Below are positions 58,724 to 64,000 of a stretch of DNA of 64,000 bases, piece by piece. Both the position numbers and the translations under genes were made by a program. Below the pieces are notes generated by a model. That model worked only from the letters and a program-made list of their open reading frames with translations, searched no databases and had not been told where the DNA came from. Within the stretch, counting starts at the first letter, position 1; each line of letters begins with the position of its first letter. This DNA is from Tidjanibacter sp. GTDB lineage: Bacteria > Bacteroidota > Bacteroidia > Bacteroidales > Rikenellaceae. Location of the stretch: NCBI GenBank assembly GCA_017503805.1, contig JAFVSJ010000007.1:9878-73877 (forward strand), read 5' to 3'.

Positions 58724-59977
58724 CTAAAGTTCTCCGAGCAGCCTCTCGAGTCCTATGCCGCGCGACCCTTTGACCAAGACAAAAGCCCCCTCAATGGGTT
58801 TCTCTTTAAGCCACAAAGCAGCTTGTTCCACACCGGCAAAACTCCTCACTCTCTCATCATAGCATTCTCCTGCAGCCCCGGCAAAACAGCGGCCCACCAA
58901 CAAGATACTCTCCACGACATTACTCTCTACTGCCATCTGCAATACCTTGCGATGCTCCTCGGCGCTCCACTCGCCAAGCTCAAGCATATCGCCGAGAATC
59001 AGGACTTTATGATGATAATCGTGCGACTCGGCTGCAATATGGTTGGCAATCGAAGCAGCCATACTCGAAGGGTTGGCATTATAGCAATCGACCGTGAGCA
59101 AATTGCGTTCTGTGGCCACCGCTTGAGAGCGGTTATTGGAGGGCTCGTAGGCGGCAATAGCTCGCTCGGCACACTCCCTCGGCACACCAAAGTAATCACC
59201 CACAGCTATGGCAGCCGCAATATTGAATCGATTGTAGTCGCCCACAAGATTGCTTCTCACACCCTCGGCCAGCGAACTATTGTAGCCCACCGACCTCAAC
59301 CCCTCTCTCTCGGCAACCATATCAGAGAGGACACTGTCGTCGGCCCTATAGATGGCCACACCGTCGTGCGCAGCCAAAAAATCATAGAGCTCACCCTTGC
59401 CTTTGCGGATGCCCTCTACACCTCCGAATCCCTCAAGGTGGGCGCGACCAATATTGGTCACCAATCCGCAATCGGGCTCGGCAATGGAGGCCAGCAGAGC
59501 AATCTCACCCTGCGCCGAAGCTCCCATTTCGACTACGGCAATCTCTGTATCGGCGGGGATGGAAAGAAGCGTCAACGGCACACCTATATGATTATTCAAA
59601 TTTCCCTTCGTATAGCACACCCTATAGCGACTCGCAAGCACAGCCGAGGTGAGCTCCTTGGTTGTTGTTTTGCCGTTGGTCCCCGTGATGGCCAAGACCT
59701 TTGCCGAGAGCCGACGACGATGATGGCGTGCGAGCGCCTGCAATGCCATAAGCACATCGTCTACAATCACATAGCGTTCATCATTCGCCACCGAGGCATC
59801 ATCCACAACCGCCACCACAGCACCCGCATCGAGTGCCGCAGCAGCATAGCGGTTGCCATCGAAATTATCACCCTTCAGGGCAAAAAACATCTCTCCGCAA
59901 GTGACCTTGCGGCTATCGGTCTGCACACCCTTTGATGTGCAAAAAATCTCATAGAGTCTCTCCGTTTCGGTATTCAT
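58724..59977 (-). CDS. murF: UDP-MurNAc-tripeptide--D-Ala-D-Ala ligase
   Basis: TDSR, ITGTNGKTTTK, NNHIGVPLT, DCYNANP, LGDMLELG and VKGSRG motifs. Confidence 0.95.
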   Translation of the reverse strand: MNTETERLYEIFCTSKGVQTDSRKVTCGEMFFALKGDNFDGNRYAAAALDAGAVVAVVDDASVANDERYVIVDDVLMALQALARHHRRRLSAKVLAITGTNGKTTTKELTSAVLASRYRVCYTKGNLNNHIGVPLTLLSIPADTEIAVVEMGASAQGEIALLASIAEPDCGLVTNIGRAHLEGFGGVEGIRKGKGELYDFLAAHDGVAIYRADDSVLSDMVAEREGLRSVGYNSSLAEGVRSNLVGDYNRFNIAAAIAVGDYFGVPRECAERAIAAYEPSNNRSQAVATERNLLTVDCYNANPSSMAASIANHIAAESHDYHHKVLILGDMLELGEWSAEEHRKVLQMAVESNVVESILLVGRCFAGAAGECYDERVRSFAGVEQAALWLKEKPIEGAFVLVKGSRGIGLERLLGEL

Positions 59978-59987
59978 AGGTAGATTT

Positions 59988-61070
59988 CTAAACGTGCTTA
60001 TTGCCCGTCTCGAACTTGACCGTTTCGACAAAGCGTTTGATGTGTTGCTCGGCCTTGCGAGGGCAGACCATCAGCACATCGGCCGTGTCGACCACGATAT
60101 AGTCTTTGAGTCCCTCGAGGACAGCGATTTTACCCTCGGGGAGTTTTATGATGCAGTTTTCCGTATCGAAACTGAATGTATCGGTGCGGAGCGTATTGCC
60201 GTTCTCATCCTTGGCAGAGTGCTGGTAGATGGAGCCCCAAGTACCGAGGTCGCTCCAGCCGAAGTCGCTGCAGCGCACCCACACATTAGAGCAACGTTCC
60301 ATAATTCCATAGTCGACCGAGATGCCGCCACACTCGGGGTAGACTCTGTCGACAGCCTCCTGCTCGGTGGGGGTACCGTAGTGTTCGCTAATCGAGTCGA
60401 GCAGTTCGTAAGTTTCGTTCTGATGCTCCTTGAAGGCCTCCAAGATGGCATCGACACTCCAAGCAAAGATACCCGAATTCCAGAAATACTCACCACTATC
60501 GACAAAGACACGCGCCAACTCAAGGTTGGGTTTCTCGGTGAAGGTCTTTACCTTATTGAATTTTCCGTCAGTAACCTTTTTGCTCACCTGGATGTAGCCG
60601 TAGCCCGTCTCGGGGCGTGTGGGTTGCAGGCCTATGGTGAGCAACACATCGCGTTTCTCGTCCACAAAGTCGAAGCACTGTTGGATAACCTCACAGAAGT
60701 GGTGTTCGTTGATAATCAAGTGGTCTGACGGGGTGACAACCATAGTTGCGGTGGGGTCAATACTGCGAATCCTCATTGCCGCATAGGCGATACAAGGTGC
60801 GGTATTTTTGCCCACAGGCTCACAGAGTACTTGCGACTCCGAAATCTCGGGGATAGTCTCGAGCACCATATTCTTGTAGGCCGCATTTGTAGCCACAAAG
60901 ATGTGCGAATCGGGGATGATATTCGAGAAACGCTCGAAGGTGGCACGCAACAGACTCTTGCCCGTACCGAGCACATCGAGGAACTGTTTTGGGCAGTGCT
61001 GGCGACTAATAGGCCAAAAGCGGCTACCCACTCCGCCGGCCATAATTACGCAAAATTGGTTGTTGTTCAT
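59988..61070 (-). CDS. manC: Mannose-1-phosphate guanylyltransferase
   Basis: MAGGVGSRFWP, PKQF, NTAPCI, PSDH, FTEKP and GWSDLGTW motifs. Confidence 0.92.
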   Translation of the reverse strand: MNNNQFCVIMAGGVGSRFWPISRQHCPKQFLDVLGTGKSLLRATFERFSNIIPDSHIFVATNAAYKNMVLETIPEISESQVLCEPVGKNTAPCIAYAAMRIRSIDPTATMVVTPSDHLIINEHHFCEVIQQCFDFVDEKRDVLLTIGLQPTRPETGYGYIQVSKKVTDGKFNKVKTFTEKPNLELARVFVDSGEYFWNSGIFAWSVDAILEAFKEHQNETYELLDSISEHYGTPTEQEAVDRVYPECGGISVDYGIMERCSNVWVRCSDFGWSDLGTWGSIYQHSAKDENGNTLRTDTFSFDTENCIIKLPEGKIAVLEGLKDYIVVDTADVLMVCPRKAEQHIKRFVETVKFETGNKHV

Positions 61071-61216
61071 TCTTAAGGCAATGTTTTCGGGCCGATGTGC
61101 GTTATTTTTGCACAACTTCCCTCGGTTACTGTTGTACAAAAGTACGAAAAATTACTACCTTTGCCAACTGTTATAGGGTTTAATTTACTGCGAATTTACT
61201 TTTAGAACGCGAAAAG

Positions 61217-61957
61217 ATGAAAATTAGGTATTTTACTCTCCCAAATATTCTCACCCTCTGCAACCTCACCTGCGGAGTCGTAGCCACAATCTGTGCCGTA
61301 GGCTCCATCTTTGAGCCCGACGCAGCCGTGGCCGAAAAGATGGCCCTACTTCCCACACTGCTCATACTCGCCTCGGCAATCTTCGACTTCCTCGACGGAC
61401 TCGCCGCAAGAGTCACAGGACAATACTCACCACTCGGTGTGCAACTCGACTCGCTGGCCGATATGGTCAGCTTCGGCATAACTCCGGCACTCATCCTCGC
61501 CTCTCTCTACAACCGTCTCGGTGGCGACGATTGGTGGTGGATTCTCTGCCTCGGCGTGGCACTCTGCTCGGCACTCCGACTCGCTCGTTTCAACATCGAC
61601 GAGGAGCAGCACGAGGAGTTTATAGGCCTCCCCACACCCGCACTCGCCATAGCCATAGGTTCACTTGCCTGGGCAATGCCCGAGTGGCTCACCCCGAGCG
61701 TGATACTCGCAATAGCTGTCGTGGGTGCGTGGTTACTCATCTCCCCCATCAGGATGTTCTCACTCAAGTTCCGCAACCTCTCGATGGGCGACCGAACCAA
61801 CCGCTTGCGTTACCTCTTCCTCATCGTGGCACTCGCCATCGTCTGCATCGGCGGACTCGGCGCTGTGTGGATGGCCATCGTGGTCTACATCCTCCTCTCG
61901 ATAGTGGTACACCTCTTCCTCCCCAACAACAAATACAACACCAAATCTGAAGCATAG
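61217..61957 (+). CDS. pssA: CDP-diacylglycerol--serine O-phosphatidyltransferase
   Basis: DFLDGLAAR...G..LDSLAD signature, RLARFN and FIGLPTP. Confidence 0.88.
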   Translation: MKIRYFTLPNILTLCNLTCGVVATICAVGSIFEPDAAVAEKMALLPTLLILASAIFDFLDGLAARVTGQYSPLGVQLDSLADMVSFGITPALILASLYNRLGGDDWWWILCLGVALCSALRLARFNIDEEQHEEFIGLPTPALAIAIGSLAWAMPEWLTPSVILAIAVVGAWLLISPIRMFSLKFRNLSMGDRTNRLRYLFLIVALAIVCIGGLGAVWMAIVVYILLSIVVHLFLPNNKYNTKSEA

Positions 61958-64000
61958 TGAAACGAACAATAGCAGCACTCCTACTCCTTGCACTCTCCAT
62001 ACTTTGCACCCCCGAAAAGGCCTCGGCGCAGGATATGGATGCACGCGCTCTGGCCAATAGTGCCGCTGCACTCCAAAACAGCCAAGGCAACCCCTTCAGT
62101 GGCGAGCAGGAACTCGACGAAAATGGCAACCCCATAGAGCAGGATGGAAACCCCGCCGACTCGGCACGCGTAAAGGATATTATGCCCTTGGAGTCATATT
62201 TCTTTGACGACTCCGTAAGGCGACGCAAACATTTCCGTTGGGTGCCCGACACATTCACCAACAACATCCGTATGGAGGAGGTCGACACACTCATTGGCAA
62301 CTTCAACAAAGATTACATCTTCCAGCGAGAGGATGTGGGCGATGCCTATGTGGGCATACTCGGTGGTGTGAGCACCCCGCTCAACTTCTTCCGTCGCCCC
62401 AACGGTAACGACTTCGACTTCACCAAGGCCTACTATGCCTATCTCTTCACGATAGACAACGTGCCTCACTTCAACAACAAGCGCCCCTACACATCCCTGG
62501 CCTACCAAACCGCCGGCCAAAAACGCTACGCCGAGGACAAACTCGAGGTGCTCCACGCACAGAACATAACCCCCTCGACGGGATTCAATGTGCGCTACAA
62601 CAACTACCACTCACGAGGCATCTACACGTGGCAGCGCGGCAAGGTCAACGACTTCTCGGGTGCGGTGAGCCACACAGGCAAACGCTACTCACTCCACGCA
62701 GGTGTCATCTCAAACACCATCTCGCAGCGCGAAAATGGTGGTCTTGTGGAGGCTTGGCACATTGCCGACACCCTCTATGAGTCCGCTCAAGGACTCCCAA
62801 TGAAGATGAGCGATGCGCTCAATAAGGCGACCAACACCTCGTTCTATGCGGTGCAGACCTACGGCATCCCGTTTGTGCCACTGACCGACTCGGTATTCAC
62901 TATGGCCGACCGCACAGCCATCCACTTCGGTCACGCCATCACCTACAACCGCTGGGGCCGTCGCTACACCGACACCAAGAAGGGAACAACCTACAACATC
63001 ACCGACCGCGAGACCAACAAAGTGCTCGAGACACTCTGTTTCTACGACAATTGGTTCATAGACCCCGAGAAGAGTAACGACACTCTGAGTGAGTCGCTCC
63101 TCTCCAACCGACTCTTCGTGCAGTTCGTACCCTACAATCGCGAGGGTGTCATAGGCACTGTCGATGGCGGTATCGGTTGGGACCACCGCCGCTACTACCA
63201 ATTCCACCTCGAGGACTACATCAAGAACAATCAGGAGAAAAAACTCAACACCTACTATGCCTATGCCGATGCCCGAGGCAAGTTGGGCAAGTGGCTCGAT
63301 TGGCAGGGTCGTGCAAGAGTCAATGTGGCCGGCTACAGGGCAGGCGATCTCAATGTCGATGCATCCGCCACACTCCGTATGTACTTGGCAGACAAGCCAA
63401 TCATCCTCAGTGGCAATCTCTCCTATGCACTCCAAAGTCCCTCCTATTGGGAGGAGCAATACTTCTCCAACCACTACGTCTGGGAGAACAAATTTGACCG
63501 ACAAAACATCTCGCATCTGGCCGTAACACTGGAGGTGCCGCACACGGGCACAAGGCTCACTTTCAACCAAGCAATCATCGGTAACCCCATCTACTACGGC
63601 TACGACTCCACGCCGGCACAAGTAATCGGAGTGGAGAGTGTCAGTGGCATCTACTTGGAGCAGAACTTCACCTTCGGAGGTCTGCACCTCGACCACCGCA
63701 TCCTCTTCCAGCGCAGCAGCTCGGATATATTCCCCGTACCTACGCTTGCGGGCAACATCTCCTACTACTACACTTTCCAACCCGTCAGAGATGTGCTGAC
63801 GATGAAGGTGGGTATAGACTGCTGGGCCAATACCCCCTACTACGCGCAGGCCTATAACCCCGCTCTGATGGTCTTCCACAACCAGAATGAGGCCCTCGTG
63901 GGCAACTATCCCTACGCCAACATCTTCGTTACGGCCAAGTGGAAAACTATGCGCATATTCCTCCAATATCAGCACGCCACAGAGAATCTGCTCGACAACT
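61957..64000 (+). CDS. Putative outer-membrane porin (Bacteroidota putative-porin family); runs off the window end
   Basis: Absent from the ORF track because it has no stop in the window. GTG at 61957 gives MKRTIAALLLLALSILCTPEKASAQ..., then PYTSLAY, HAQNITP and aromatic beta-strand patterns. Confidence 0.8.
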   Translation, partial: MKRTIAALLLLALSILCTPEKASAQDMDARALANSAAALQNSQGNPFSGEQELDENGNPIEQDGNPADSARVKDIMPLESYFFDDSVRRRKHFRWVPDTFTNNIRMEEVDTLIGNFNKDYIFQREDVGDAYVGILGGVSTPLNFFRRPNGNDFDFTKAYYAYLFTIDNVPHFNNKRPYTSLAYQTAGQKRYAEDKLEVLHAQNITPSTGFNVRYNNYHSRGIYTWQRGKVNDFSGAVSHTGKRYSLHAGVISNTISQRENGGLVEAWHIADTLYESAQGLPMKMSDALNKATNTSFYAVQTYGIPFVPLTDSVFTMADRTAIHFGHAITYNRWGRRYTDTKKGTTYNITDRETNKVLETLCFYDNWFIDPEKSNDTLSESLLSNRLFVQFVPYNREGVIGTVDGGIGWDHRRYYQFHLEDYIKNNQEKKLNTYYAYADARGKLGKWLDWQGRARVNVAGYRAGDLNVDASATLRMYLADKPIILSGNLSYALQSPSYWEEQYFSNHYVWENKFDRQNISHLAVTLEVPHTGTRLTFNQAIIGNPIYYGYDSTPAQVIGVESVSGIYLEQNFTFGGLHLDHRILFQRSSSDIFPVPTLAGNISYYYTFQPVRDVLTMKVGIDCWANTPYYAQAYNPALMVFHNQNEALVGNYPYANIFVTAKWKTMRIFLQYQHATENLLDN

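Noticed and set aside
1-64000. CRISPR arrays, tRNA or rRNA genes, prophage, IS elements
   Set aside because: No repeat-spacer periodicity, RNA-gene signatures or mobility genes were seen, and the intergenic gaps are short.

Overview
Gene-dense chromosomal window from a Bacteroidota anaerobe, probably Rikenellaceae/Alistipes-like (inferred from SusC/SusD, an HTCS, TAnnTTTG promoters and gene content). From left to right it holds: rluB, a patatin-Omp85 gene and a small minus-strand cluster (TrmH-family, POT-like MFS, arcC, cobB); a ~28 kb pectin/homogalacturonan utilisation locus (GH28, PL1, CE12-CE8, HTCS, GH105-PL1, SusC/D, surface lipoprotein) joined to uxaCBA and a GH43; the metY-metX-hom operon; an [FeFe]-hydrogenase; an accessory stretch at ~42-48 kb; and housekeeping genes (psd, cdsA, ftsH, rsfS, oxyR, murF, manC, pssA, putative porin). 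I saw no rRNA, tRNA, CRISPR array, transposase or integrase. Best novelty candidates: (1) a WYL-regulator module with a TTTGACA-N5-TGTCAAA palindrome in PafBC-like spacing to a promoter that drives two unannotated hydrophobic micropeptides, a Zn-ribbon protein and a small Trp-motif protein; (2) an unannotated Met-rich leader peptide with alternative hairpins ahead of metY; (3) a single gene bracketed by a 190-bp terminator-plus-upstream-region direct repeat at uxaC; (4) a stand-alone TIR-multi-TM gene. All family names come from motif recognition by eye, not from database searches.
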